DNA from: Sedimentisphaerales bacterium
Lineage (GTDB): Bacteria; Planctomycetota; Phycisphaerae; Sedimentisphaerales; SM23-30
Strand: one strand, 5' to 3'
Assembly: GCA_963666285.1 (NCBI GenBank)
Contig: OY762711.1
DNA length: 64,000 nt
Shown: piece after piece, positions 40,180 to 50,771 of the stretch
Layout: each line of letters starts with the position of its first letter
Numbering within the stretch: the stretch's first letter is position 1
The notes under the pieces: generated by a model
What the model saw: only the letters and a program-made list of their open reading frames with translations
What the model was told of the DNA's origin: nothing
The model's database searches: none
Translations under genes and position numbers: made by a program

Positions 40180-41352
40180 TCAATTAAATTGTGGGTTCAA
40201 GATAGAAAAATAATCCCTTTTTAGCCTTCGAACCACCACAATTTCAAAACCAGGAGAACACTTAAAGACCCTTCCCTTATTACAATGATACTTAAGGGCG
40301 TGACCGGGACCATATATATAACTTTTACCATCGATAAGAGTTTCTACCTGCCCCTTTAAAGGGATAGCAGCTATTTCCATAAATGGATCAGCAGGACAAG
40401 AAATTTCAGATTTTTCTTCTGTCATATTTTTTACATAATCTATGATAATATCGCCTAATACTACCCTGCTCGCTATAACATCACCTTTTACCGTCTCTCT
40501 ATAATCATGTAAAAGTTGAAATTCATACGACTGAGGATCTCTTCGCCAGGCAAAATCCATTATATCGCTTATTGATATGTCGAGAGCCTTGGATATATTA
40601 GAAATAGTCGACAAAATTGGAGCACGTTTATTCAGCTCAATATCAGAAATTGCCTGTTCGGAAACACCAGATTTATCGGCAAGACTTTCAATGCTTATAT
40701 TACGAGCTGCCCTGATAAGTTTCAAAACCGAGAAATCGAGGCCATTTAATAACTGTGAAGACGGGGTAAAATCTTGAGCAAGTGATAAAATTCGATTTCT
40801 GGCATTCCCAAAAATACGTGTAAACTGACACAAACGAGGAACTGCTACTCCAATTACTTTTCCTGGTTCATCAATTGTTGCTATCCTGCCCGACATCCCG
40901 TCATGATACAATGCGGTATTACCGTTCAAATTATAATTATGTCCGTCAACAGAAATATGAAAATTTCTTTCACCTATTGATATTAAATATAAATCACAGA
41001 GAGGGAAACGGTGATTACAAAAATCCTCACCCGGTAAATAATCAGAATTCAACACCATCATAGAGTTAAAATCAAAAACTTTACAGTTTTGACGCTCAAT
41101 TCCAAATGTACTGGCAGAAGAGCAGGAAAACAGTTTCGGATCACTCATACAGGCATAATCAACCAATTCAGCAAAGTCGACCTCCAATGCGCGAGCAATT
41201 GAGGTAACAGTTGATAAAGAAGGAGTATAACGCCCCTTTTCCAAGGCACAAATAGTCTGAACAGTAATTCCGCAGGACTCAGATAACTGAGCCTGGCTTA
41301 CTCCCTTATTCTTTCGCAATTCTCTTAATATGGTAAAATCAAAATTTTCCAT
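40180..41352 (-). CDS. Transcriptional regulator with tandem XRE-HTH + cupin-like modules
   Basis: Two HTH_3 domains (LRELRKNKGVSQAQLS..PSLST and LKLIRAARNISIESLA..PILST), each followed by a beta-rich segment. Confidence 0.82.
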   Translation of the reverse strand: MENFDFTILRELRKNKGVSQAQLSESCGITVQTICALEKGRYTPSLSTVTSIARALEVDFAELVDYACMSDPKLFSCSSASTFGIERQNCKVFDFNSMMVLNSDYLPGEDFCNHRFPLCDLYLISIGERNFHISVDGHNYNLNGNTALYHDGMSGRIATIDEPGKVIGVAVPRLCQFTRIFGNARNRILSLAQDFTPSSQLLNGLDFSVLKLIRAARNISIESLADKSGVSEQAISDIELNKRAPILSTISNISKALDISISDIMDFAWRRDPQSYEFQLLHDYRETVKGDVIASRVVLGDIIIDYVKNMTEEKSEISCPADPFMEIAAIPLKGQVETLIDGKSYIYGPGHALKYHCNKGRVFKCSPGFEIVVVRRLKRDYFSILNPQFN

Positions 41353-42019
41353 AACTATCCCTAGTAGAGTAAATCAGTTTTCAATTAACAATTTGTAAAT
41401 TTTATGTATATCTAAATGATTAAACAAGCATCTTTGTTTCACCAATGAACTGCTACCCCTTACTACTTTTAAGTGTAGTTACTCAATAACAAATTTTCTG
41501 CATCATTTATTTATATATTAATATAACCACACACAACCAGACTACTACTTCTTAAGGCACTGAAATACATACACTTAAACAACACACCCTCTCACACCAA
41601 TAAATAGTTCGCGATGAATACTTATCTATAAACATGACCAAACCGGATAAACTAACACTATATTTGTCTGAAATATGTTAAAAAAGATTTATATATTTTA
41701 TCAAATTAGTACTAAGGGAAATCCCTTAATTTACATATTAACTGTGAAATTTATTTCAACACAATATTTCAAACTGCTACTTAAATTTTACCACTAATGT
41801 ACTGTATTAACTAGAACTCTAAGTCAATTATTTCAGGCAATATTTATAACATCAGTTTTAGCCAAGATAAATACTACCATCAATATAGAATATACATAAA
41901 TAATTATATATAATAAAACATGATCAAAAAGATGACAAATAAACATGCCAAAATATAAAAGTAAACTTTACTAAACTAAAATTAACAACAATATACTAAC
42001 TCTGTTCGTAATATATACT

Positions 42020-43864
42020 ATGCAAACAAAAAAAATCGAATTACTTGCGCCGGCTAAAAACTTTGAAACCGCTGTTGCTGCAATCAAATGCGGTGCAGAT
42101 GCTATATATATTGGCGCCCCCAGTTTCAGTGCCAGGCAGGCAGCATCAAATTCAATAGAAGAAATTGAATCGGTAATTAAATATGCCAATCAATACTATG
42201 TCAAGATATATGCAGCACTTAATACAATACTCACAGACCAGGAACTATATGAAGCACAGATTATCATTGAAAATCTTGCTAAAATTGGAATTGACGGCTT
42301 AATTATCCAGGATATGGGTCTTTTGGAAGTTGATTTACCTGATATCCCTATAATTGCCAGCACCCAAATGAATAATTCTACCCCCAAAAAAGTCAAATTT
42401 TTAGAGGAAATTGGAATTAGCCGTGCAATACTGGCTCGCGAACTCAGCCTGGAGCAAATAAAAGAAATCAAGTCAGCTGCCAAAGAAATTGAACTTGAAT
42501 GCTTTGTTCACGGAGCATTATGTGTCAGCATGAGCGGGCAATGCTATATGAGCTATGCTGCCGGAGGACGCAGCGGAAACCGTGGAGAATGCGCCCAACC
42601 ATGCAGAAAATTATACACACTAAAGGATAAACAAGGAAATATTATCGCCAAAAACAAGTATCTGCTTAGCCTCAAAGATCTTAACTTAAGTGAATATTTA
42701 AATAACTTGCTAGATGCAGGCATAACCTCATTTAAGATTGAAGGCAGGCTCAAAACACCTGCATACGTAGCCAATATAGTTGGATATTATCGTCAAAAAC
42801 TTGATATTCTATTAGCTCAGCGGCAATTGGAAGCCTCTTCATCGGGCAAAGTAGAACTTGGATTTTCTCCTGACCCCGCAAGAACCTTTAGCCGAGGTTT
42901 TACTGACTACGGTATTGATGGTTCTCAGGGCAATATGGCTTCCATCCATACTCCTAAGGCAACCGGCGAGTACATTGGCAAGGTATCGGCTATCGGTGCT
43001 GATACTTTTGAAATTGACAGTACAATTCCCCTTACAAGCGGTGACGGAATATGCTTTCTGGACTCCCGTAACATCTTACAGGGAACAACAATAAACAAGG
43101 TTTGCGGCAATATTATTCAACCTCAATCTATGGAATATATTATCATTGGCTGCAATATATATAGAAATTTTGACCATAAATTTAACAAACAACTTGCCAA
43201 ACTCCCTTCAGAAAGAGCTATTCCTATTATTATGCGGGTTTTTGATGATATAGGCGGTATCGCCGTTGACGCAATTGACCAGGATGGCAACCATGTTACA
43301 GTCGAATTATTGGGAGAATTTGAACCTGCTAAAAATAAGGATAAGGGTATAGAGACAATAACCCGCCAATTATCAAAACTTGGAAACACCGTATTTTCAT
43401 GCGATGAAGTAAAAATTGACCTAAATGAGGTTTACTTTTTCCCTGTATCACTGCTCAATAACCTTCGAAGGGAAATAACTGAAGCTCTTCTTGAAAAACG
43501 TCTTTTAGCAAAACCAAAAAAACATTGCCAATTTATAAAAGATTCCAAAGCAAAATACCCTGAAGCTAAGTTATCATATATGGGTAATGTGCTAAACAAG
43601 AACTCTGAAAACTTTTATAGAAGACACGGTGTAGATGAATTTGAACCCGCTGCTGAAACAGGCATAAATATGAATGGCAAAAAAGTCATGACTACTAAAT
43701 ACTGTCTGAGATACGAATTAGGAATATGTCCTAAACAAGGTAAAACAAATAATGCTGACGACCTCATACTGGAAAGCAGAGAAAGAGACACGTATAATGT
43801 AAAATTTGAATGTTCAAAGTGTGGTATGGAAATTTTCTATGAATCAGTTGAATCTCTAACTTAA
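42020..43864 (+). CDS. rlhA: U32-family Fe-S protein, RlhA-like (23S rRNA C2501 hydroxylase)
   Basis: ELLAPA, GADAIYIG, ECFVHGALCVSMSGQC..NRGECAQPCR, FKIEGR; C-terminal DUF3656-like LSKLGNT region. Confidence 0.8.
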   Translation: MQTKKIELLAPAKNFETAVAAIKCGADAIYIGAPSFSARQAASNSIEEIESVIKYANQYYVKIYAALNTILTDQELYEAQIIIENLAKIGIDGLIIQDMGLLEVDLPDIPIIASTQMNNSTPKKVKFLEEIGISRAILARELSLEQIKEIKSAAKEIELECFVHGALCVSMSGQCYMSYAAGGRSGNRGECAQPCRKLYTLKDKQGNIIAKNKYLLSLKDLNLSEYLNNLLDAGITSFKIEGRLKTPAYVANIVGYYRQKLDILLAQRQLEASSSGKVELGFSPDPARTFSRGFTDYGIDGSQGNMASIHTPKATGEYIGKVSAIGADTFEIDSTIPLTSGDGICFLDSRNILQGTTINKVCGNIIQPQSMEYIIIGCNIYRNFDHKFNKQLAKLPSERAIPIIMRVFDDIGGIAVDAIDQDGNHVTVELLGEFEPAKNKDKGIETITRQLSKLGNTVFSCDEVKIDLNEVYFFPVSLLNNLRREITEALLEKRLLAKPKKHCQFIKDSKAKYPEAKLSYMGNVLNKNSENFYRRHGVDEFEPAAETGINMNGKKVMTTKYCLRYELGICPKQGKTNNADDLILESRERDTYNVKFECSKCGMEIFYESVESLT

Positions 43865-43898
43865 TCACCTATTCTGATTACATCCAATTGTAAATCTT

Positions 43899-44303
43899 CT
43901 AAAATTTCACATAAGATGTCAGTTTCTCAACTGCCTCATTAATCGCCTCTCTAAAAGCGTCGACACCTGCATCTTTAGGAATAAATTTATCAGCACCATA
44001 GCTATAAGCCAACTGTTCATCATCATTTTCATGTACAGTCAAAATAATTACATAGACAATCCGGCCATCATTGCGTTCTTTGACTTGCTTACATAGGTCA
44101 ACTCCATCGACACCAGGCATATCCCAATCTAAAATAGCTATCTGCGGAGGATTGTCAGACATTAAAATCTTTCTGGCATCAAAGCCATTATTAACGACTT
44201 CAGGCTCACATTCCAGCTTACGTAATATATTACAGATAATTTTCTGCATAACCTTGCTATCTTCCGCATACAGCACTCTGTAATGTTTGATATTATTATC
44301 CAT
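43899..44303 (-). CDS. Single-domain response regulator receiver
   Basis: AEDS, ILDWDMPGVDG, ILT, FIPK; no output domain. Confidence 0.9.
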   Translation of the reverse strand: MDNNIKHYRVLYAEDSKVMQKIICNILRKLECEPEVVNNGFDARKILMSDNPPQIAILDWDMPGVDGVDLCKQVKERNDGRIVYVIILTVHENDDEQLAYSYGADKFIPKDAGVDAFREAINEAVEKLTSYVKF

Positions 44304-44307
44304 AATA

Positions 44308-46749
44308 TTACTCCTGATTCATATAATGCTTAATATCTGATAAAACCTTTTCCAGTCCAGTTTCAATATCAGGATACAACTCCTTGACTTTTTGCATATT
44401 ACCTTTTTTCCCAGCCTTTTCAGCAAATAAGCATAAATCTTTCAGTTTATCTGCCCCAACTCCCCAGGCAATGCCTTTAAGAATATGGGCAAAGCGACCG
44501 GCATTTTCAGAATTATTTGTTGCAATAGCATTTTCGAAATTGGATATTACTTCAGAAGCTTCTGTAACAAAAGTTGCAAAAATATCCAAAAGTAATTCTG
44601 TGTCACCCTCAACATTTTCCATAACCTTATCTATATCAATCCCAAACCCTGCATTCAGCTCAGTTTTACTTTTGAAAGCAGTATCGTGGATCTCACTTCC
44701 ATCTGTTGAAATGCCGCTACTTTCATCATTGCCAAAAAGAGTATCTGTGATACTCTTTGCTATTTCCGGCAAAGCTTCAATTTCCGGTTCTACAACGATT
44801 ATCTTATTATCATCAACATTACGAATGATAGTACTTCTCAACTTCTGCATAGTAATAGGTTTACTCATGAAGTCATCCATTCCGGCATCTAAACAATCTT
44901 TACGATCTTCATCAAAAGCATTTGCGGTCAAAGCAATTATTTTGGGGTGTTTATCAGGAAATTTTTCTATTATCTGCCGCGTCGCTTCCAACCCATCCAA
45001 CTTTGGCATTTGTATATCCATCAGTATAATATCGTACTCTTTCCTGCCGGCCATCTCTATGGCCTCAAACCCATTTTCTGCAATTTCAGAATGCAAACCA
45101 AGCTTTGCCAGCATTTTAACTGCCATCGTTCTATTATTTAGACTATCATCAACAACTAAAATACTTAAGTTCTGACTTATTTGCAAATCAGCACCTAAAA
45201 TCATATTAGATTCAACTTCTGACTTCTGAGCTACTTCCAAATTGATAGACACTGTAAATGTGGCACCTTTACCCTCAGCGGATTTAACAGATATATCTCC
45301 CCCCATAAGACCAACTAACTCTTTGGTGATAGCCAAACCAAGACCCGTACCTGCAAATGACCTGTTATGAGCACTCTCTACTTGAACGAACCGCTCATAA
45401 ATACTTGAAATTGCAGCCTTGCTCATTCCAATACCAGTGTCAGATACTATGAAATCAATAGAACAACTATTTAAGCGATATTCTTTAATTATAATTGCAA
45501 GTTTAACAAACCCCGAAGAAGTAAATTTAATTGAATTACTCACCAGATTATTTATTATTTGTCCAATACGAACCTTATCACCAACAAAATACTTACAGTC
45601 GATATCAGGAAAATCCAATATAAGCTCTAACCCTTTTTCCTCTGCCAGTGGAGACATAAGCTTTTGGGATTGATTGGCAAGTACATACAAATCAAATGGC
45701 TCATTTGACAATTCCAGCTTACCGGCTTCAATTTTAGAATAGTCCAAAATGTTATTGATAATAGATAGCAGACTATTGCCAGAATCCCTTATGGTACTTA
45801 CAAACTCGAACTGCTCTGGATTAAGATTTGTTGTCATTAGCAGATCAGTCATACCAATAACACCATTCATCGGCGTTCGTATCTCATGAGACATACTGGC
45901 AAGAAAACGACTTTTAGCAACATCAGCAATTTGAGCCAGTTCGAGTGATTCTTCAAGATTGTGATTAGCTTCAGCCATTTGCTCATCATGCTTTTCAATC
46001 CTCTCTGCCATAAAATCAATACTGCTGGCAACAACCCCAACATCATCTTTATACGGCATATTAATACGATATGACACGTTTCCATGTCGAATGTTATCAG
46101 CAGCCTCAATAATTGTCTTTAACCTGCTTCTCAAGACCTTAATAACAAGGAATATCATTGTTAATATTATAATTGAACCGGAAACAAGCATTATCGGAAT
46201 CAAAAGATTAAAAATGCTCAAACGTGCTTGCAGTTTCCTGCTTAGCTCATTAAGTTCTTTCCAATTTGAAATACAATTGAGCATTGTTTCATTTTTGGAA
46301 TCTTTTATTACCGATTTCATCTTTAATAATTCACTTTTAGCTCCATCACGAGCAGGATCGTTAAAATAGGTAGACTTATATGCAAATATGACCGTGCGGC
46401 ATTTTCTTTCATTCAATTTCATACGTTCAAGAAAAACATCATTATCTAAATTTGCTATAGCCGGACCATTTAAAACATTTCTGATTTGATCAAGATGTTT
46501 AATAGCAATTTCTACTTTCTCTCCATGGTCATCTTCATAATAAATCGTATTAAATAACTCAATAGTCTCCGAAAACTCATATATCAACGAAGTAATAGCG
46601 ATTAAACCATCATTATAAACCTTAAGATCTTTTTTAAGATACCCGGAAACAGATCTGGCATAAATATATGACACTAGAGTTACTGCCAGTAAAACTGACA
46701 AAATAACGAAGGTGGCTAATGAATAGATTTTAGTAAATGAAAATCTCAT
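44308..46749 (-). CDS. Membrane hybrid histidine kinase (HAMP-HisKA-HATPase-REC-Hpt)
   Basis: Two TMs; FLASMSHEIRTPMNG, NLVSNSIKFT, DTGIG, GTGLGL, LMDIQMP, AHILKG. Confidence 0.95.
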   Translation of the reverse strand: MRFSFTKIYSLATFVILSVLLAVTLVSYIYARSVSGYLKKDLKVYNDGLIAITSLIYEFSETIELFNTIYYEDDHGEKVEIAIKHLDQIRNVLNGPAIANLDNDVFLERMKLNERKCRTVIFAYKSTYFNDPARDGAKSELLKMKSVIKDSKNETMLNCISNWKELNELSRKLQARLSIFNLLIPIMLVSGSIIILTMIFLVIKVLRSRLKTIIEAADNIRHGNVSYRINMPYKDDVGVVASSIDFMAERIEKHDEQMAEANHNLEESLELAQIADVAKSRFLASMSHEIRTPMNGVIGMTDLLMTTNLNPEQFEFVSTIRDSGNSLLSIINNILDYSKIEAGKLELSNEPFDLYVLANQSQKLMSPLAEEKGLELILDFPDIDCKYFVGDKVRIGQIINNLVSNSIKFTSSGFVKLAIIIKEYRLNSCSIDFIVSDTGIGMSKAAISSIYERFVQVESAHNRSFAGTGLGLAITKELVGLMGGDISVKSAEGKGATFTVSINLEVAQKSEVESNMILGADLQISQNLSILVVDDSLNNRTMAVKMLAKLGLHSEIAENGFEAIEMAGRKEYDIILMDIQMPKLDGLEATRQIIEKFPDKHPKIIALTANAFDEDRKDCLDAGMDDFMSKPITMQKLRSTIIRNVDDNKIIVVEPEIEALPEIAKSITDTLFGNDESSGISTDGSEIHDTAFKSKTELNAGFGIDIDKVMENVEGDTELLLDIFATFVTEASEVISNFENAIATNNSENAGRFAHILKGIAWGVGADKLKDLCLFAEKAGKKGNMQKVKELYPDIETGLEKVLSDIKHYMNQE

Positions 46750-46796
46750 AATTATACTTAGTAAAAATTCAATAATATTAGAAGATGATTTCTTAA

Positions 46797-47849
46797 TTAC
46801 TCTAACGTCAAGCTTAAAATATCAAAAACATCTCCTGTTCTGAATAAAGGTTGTGTCCATGAATCTTCAATCCCGGTTGCAGCCATTTCATAGAGACAAA
46901 TTCCCAAAACACACTTTTTGTCAGCCGATATAACTATATCATCTGTATGACCGGTATCAAGTTTTCTGACAAACTCAATAGTCCAGAAATTATTATCCCA
47001 TTTCCCTTGTGCTTGTATGTCAGCTCTACTGCCCTCTGGTTGCCTTGGATAATATTTATGCACCGCATCTCCAATATATTCAAAAAACATCTTCTCTTCG
47101 TAAGCACTTTTGCCACTATCTCCTTTTCTGGTAAGATATAGAGTTCCATATTTTTCGGAAGGGAATGCAAAAGCATCATCACTGTTGACTTCTGAAATTG
47201 CCTGATATTTATCATCAAAATAACCGGCAGGATTAGTTCTTCTCGCTTTCCAGAACCACACATCAGCAGTATGAGGCTCGGCCAACTCCGGATTGTAAGA
47301 CATATTACCTCCACTGGTCTTCCACTTTAACACCAGGCAATCTTCGCGGTCATTACCTTCAATATAGATTTTCTGAGTTTTATCCCATATCCATGATTTA
47401 TGGGTGGTTGATTTGGATAAATCAATGAATTTAACCAGAAAATATATATTCTGATCATCATGACAACTTTTTATTTCTATTGGACGCTGAGAAGAATGGT
47501 CAAGTGTCTCAACAGCTTCAATTCGCTGCCATATATCATCATTGGCATTGCCATCTATTACAGGAGCTGTTTTAATTGCAGCTGATACAATTGATATTTC
47601 TTTTGGTTCTCTCTTATTAGCTACCAGTTCTCTATATTCTCCCGGATGAGTTATCGGAACCTCAATTGTATTACATGTACACTTAGCATTTTTACAAACC
47701 TGACATATGTCGGCACTGTCGCTTACACTTACACGAATGTCTTCAAGCATATTCTCTGTCTGAGTTGTTTGTTCTTCTGAATCATCCTTGCAACTTCCTA
47801 TAAAAACAAGGATACCAGCTAAAACAACAAGCATTATTCTAATATTCAT
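46797..47849 (-). CDS. Lipoprotein with ethylbenzene-dehydrogenase-gamma-like (heme-binding DOMON) domain
   Basis: Lipobox FIGSC; APVIDG..D..W, EDCLVLKW, ADVWFWKARRTNPAGYFDD, WTIEFVRKLDTG motifs. Confidence 0.75.
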   Translation of the reverse strand: MNIRIMLVVLAGILVFIGSCKDDSEEQTTQTENMLEDIRVSVSDSADICQVCKNAKCTCNTIEVPITHPGEYRELVANKREPKEISIVSAAIKTAPVIDGNANDDIWQRIEAVETLDHSSQRPIEIKSCHDDQNIYFLVKFIDLSKSTTHKSWIWDKTQKIYIEGNDREDCLVLKWKTSGGNMSYNPELAEPHTADVWFWKARRTNPAGYFDDKYQAISEVNSDDAFAFPSEKYGTLYLTRKGDSGKSAYEEKMFFEYIGDAVHKYYPRQPEGSRADIQAQGKWDNNFWTIEFVRKLDTGHTDDIVISADKKCVLGICLYEMAATGIEDSWTQPLFRTGDVFDILSLTLE

Positions 47850-47927
47850 ATTTGTCCTATTCTGGAATTATAATAAATCTTTTCCTCGCTGGAATTAATT
47901 CAACACAATAATCTTCTATAATGAAAA

Positions 47928-47956
47928 TTATCGACTGCAATATATAAGTGCTTTAG
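47928..47956 (-). promoter_or_regulatory. Putative sigma28 (FliA/SigD-type) promoter
   Basis: Minus strand CTAAA-N16-GTCGATAA, about 80 nt upstream of the lipoprotein start. Confidence 0.6.
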
Positions 47957-48217
47957 CTGTATATATTATTGAATATTAGAAAACAAACGCTTCATCGCGT
48001 TTAATCAGACGAGGAAAAGACAATCTCAGAAGACAGCAAAATTAGTAACCGTTCACACGGTTACAGTAATAAGATATAAGTAAAAAGAAATAAGCTAAGG
48101 TGTCGCTTATCGCGAACTATTTAAAAGCTCCGCAAACACAGAAACTGACACAAATAACACACCTGTGAATGCTTACCAAAATTATATATTAATAGCGAAT
48201 AAAAGAAGTGTATAATA

Positions 48218-49644
48218 GTAAACTTTCGCATTTTTTATAGTGTATTTAAGCCGCTGGAGCCAGAGCATCCAGCAGAAACGTATATTTTTTATCATGAACG
48301 GCCGAATTACCGAACATATATTTAATTCTTTCACTCCAAAGTTCCCTTCGGAGGTCAGCGATAGCATCGGCGAAGCTCGGAGTCTCTTTGTGTTGATACC
48401 ATGGCTGAACAAAGAAGTATTGTTCATTGGGTTTCTTGGTCAGATACCTCAACCAGACCATCGAGTACAGCCAGAGTCCAAGACCAGCGGCTCTTTCTGG
48501 TCCTTTGCCCTTATATGTCTGCAGCTGTTGAACACCGAGCAGCTGTTTAGTGTTCTTGAACGTATCTTCAATAGCCCAGCGATCGGCATAACAGGTCAAA
48601 ACTTCCTCAGGCGCCATAGTAATATCTGTCGTAAAGAAAAAGTCATCTTTTTCCTTACCTTCAGGGTCTCTACATATAACAACAAGGATTGGTTTGCGAG
48701 TTACCTTATACCAGAGAGCAATACGAGTATAAACCAGCCTTTCAATAATCGTACCTCTCTGACTAAACTCAACTGTTCTCCAATTTCTGATATGGGCAGC
48801 CATTTTTTCCAACTTAGCCAGTTTTTGCCCTCTACAGCGAGGTCTGCCACGGGTTTTCTCTTTAACTTTAGGCGGCAGCTCAAACAGATCGGCATTACGC
48901 CTGATTCGAGAGATAATGGTAACATTCTCAAGATTCTTTCCAGCCAGAGTAGCATAAAACCCGTCTGCTACAAGCCTTATACGCCTGTTTGGAAGCCATT
49001 GGCATATTTCATTAATGATTTGTACCGCCAGTTCAATCAAGGATTCTTCTCCTTTGCGATGCAACCGCATATTGACCGGCAGTGCCAGAGGTTCGCCACC
49101 CCAAGATGGTTGAATTTGCAGACACGTTACTACCAAATTCAAACCCCAGGCATATACTATTCTTTTCTTGGTAGAACGAACGGCATCTCTCCAGAATCCG
49201 GCTCCATGGACTTTTGGACCGCTTCGATGAAACAGGGTGTCGTCCATGGACAGAGTGATTGTTCCTTTGGGACAGAATCTTTGAACCATAATCAGGGTGA
49301 GCATCTTCCACATCCGGCTCAGAGACCAGCGGCAATCTGGAAAGAAACGATGATATGCATCGTGAGCTCGTTCGCCCAGCGGGTCTGCGTAGGGTATTAT
49401 GCCTGTTATCGTGCGGCGAGTAGTGCACAATATCCAACCAATTACCACCCGGCAGAAGATTTGTGCCCCCGGCTCTGTAAAAATTGGAAAAAATTGTTGA
49501 ATAAATTGCGTCCATGTCGAATAATATTGATAGTACATATCGGCCTCCGTGTCCTATTGTTATCAATCATTAAAGACATCGGATCGCCGATATTTTTTTG
49601 TTTATATTTTCAAATTTTAACCCTCAAAAAGTGCGAAAGTTTAC
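48218..49644 (-). mobile_element. IS701-like insertion sequence, copy 2 (1427 bp)
   Basis: Same IRs and same translated protein as copy 1; own 5-bp target duplication TAATA. Confidence 0.92.
48246..49538 (-). CDS. DDE transposase (IS701-like)
   Basis: Protein identical to 38618-39910. Confidence 0.92.
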   Translation of the reverse strand: MYYQYYSTWTQFIQQFFPIFTEPGAQIFCRVVIGWILCTTRRTITGIIPYADPLGERAHDAYHRFFPDCRWSLSRMWKMLTLIMVQRFCPKGTITLSMDDTLFHRSGPKVHGAGFWRDAVRSTKKRIVYAWGLNLVVTCLQIQPSWGGEPLALPVNMRLHRKGEESLIELAVQIINEICQWLPNRRIRLVADGFYATLAGKNLENVTIISRIRRNADLFELPPKVKEKTRGRPRCRGQKLAKLEKMAAHIRNWRTVEFSQRGTIIERLVYTRIALWYKVTRKPILVVICRDPEGKEKDDFFFTTDITMAPEEVLTCYADRWAIEDTFKNTKQLLGVQQLQTYKGKGPERAAGLGLWLYSMVWLRYLTKKPNEQYFFVQPWYQHKETPSFADAIADLRRELWSERIKYMFGNSAVHDKKYTFLLDALAPAA

Positions 49645-49721
49645 TAATATAATGGTTTTCAAAAATAACAAAGGTATTTTACCCCAATATTTACTACAAG
49701 GAATTTTAAGCAGATTAATAA

Positions 49722-50771
49722 TCATACATCAATAGAATCAAGGCTAATCAATTCACCTTTTTCTATTTGATAACGAGATCTCTGCCCCACAATTCTGTGT
49801 TTTTCTGCCGGTGAAATACCGGTTCCAGGCCGCTTGGCAGTCAGCATTTTATCTGTAATAATTACCCCTGGCGGTATTTCACAAGCAGCAGCAAGGCTTA
49901 GACGCGCAATATCACGTACAGCATATTCGCCGCCAGCCGGTTGTTTGATTCCATCACCCATAATTTCAGCCACTTTTGTAGCCAGTTGAACATACTGCTG
50001 AAAATCATCTGGAATAAGCGATGTTGAATGGTCCGGGCCAGGCAGAGCTTTATCAAGTGTAAAATGCTTTTCAAGTATTCTTGCACCAGCAGCCACAGCC
50101 AAGGCACCGGTAATTGTTTCTACTGTATGATCAGAAAAACCGGTAGGAACCCAAAACTCATCATGCAATGTTTTTATCGCTCTTAAATTAGCTTTATCAA
50201 ATGGTGTAGGATACATACTGACACAGTGTAGCAATGCCAGCTGATTAACATCATCTAGAGCAGAAACAGCAGTTGCAACCTCATTAAGTTCGCTCATACC
50301 AGTAGAAAGAATAATCGGCAACCCAAAATCACCTATCGCTTTTAAAAAATCAATAGAAGTTAAATGACTAGAACTTATTTTAAAAGCACATAAATTATAA
50401 TCAAGCAACAATTTTGCCCATTCAATAGAAAATGGTGTTACCATAAAATCAATTTTACATTGAACGCAATGGTTAGCCAGCAGAGCAAAACTTTCAGGTT
50501 CCAGTTCCAGTGACTGGAGCATTTCAAATTGGGTTTGCGACGGGTTCTCCGGATCATATTGATAACTGGCCTTTGGTGCATTTTCAGTTACAAGCTGTTC
50601 TGCTGAAAAAGCTTGAAACTTTACACAATCAGCTCCGGCATGGGCAGCATTTTCTATTAACTCAAGTGCCATATCTACAGAACCATTATGATTTACACCT
50701 GCTTCAGCAATTATATAAGGCCTACCAAGATAATCTTCTGCAAAAATGTCGTTTAGAGTAACCATGATCAA
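49722..50771 (-). CDS. neuB: N-acetylneuraminate synthase family protein (NeuB/SpsE-like) with SAF domain
   Basis: IIAEAGVNHNGS, VKFQ, LLHCVSMYP, GFSDHT, LEKHFTLD, KRPGTGISP; exact nonulosonate product unknown. Confidence 0.88.
   Translation of the reverse strand: MIMVTLNDIFAEDYLGRPYIIAEAGVNHNGSVDMALELIENAAHAGADCVKFQAFSAEQLVTENAPKASYQYDPENPSQTQFEMLQSLELEPESFALLANHCVQCKIDFMVTPFSIEWAKLLLDYNLCAFKISSSHLTSIDFLKAIGDFGLPIILSTGMSELNEVATAVSALDDVNQLALLHCVSMYPTPFDKANLRAIKTLHDEFWVPTGFSDHTVETITGALAVAAGARILEKHFTLDKALPGPDHSTSLIPDDFQQYVQLATKVAEIMGDGIKQPAGGEYAVRDIARLSLAAACEIPPGVIITDKMLTAKRPGTGISPAEKHRIVGQRSRYQIEKGELISLDSIDV

Noticed and set aside
41353..42019. Long AT-rich gap searched for arrays, small RNAs or an origin
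   Set aside because: No periodic repeats, DnaA-box cluster or stable structure found
38590..49644. A composite transposon that arrived as one unit
   Set aside because: Each IS has a separate target duplication and the outer flanks do not match
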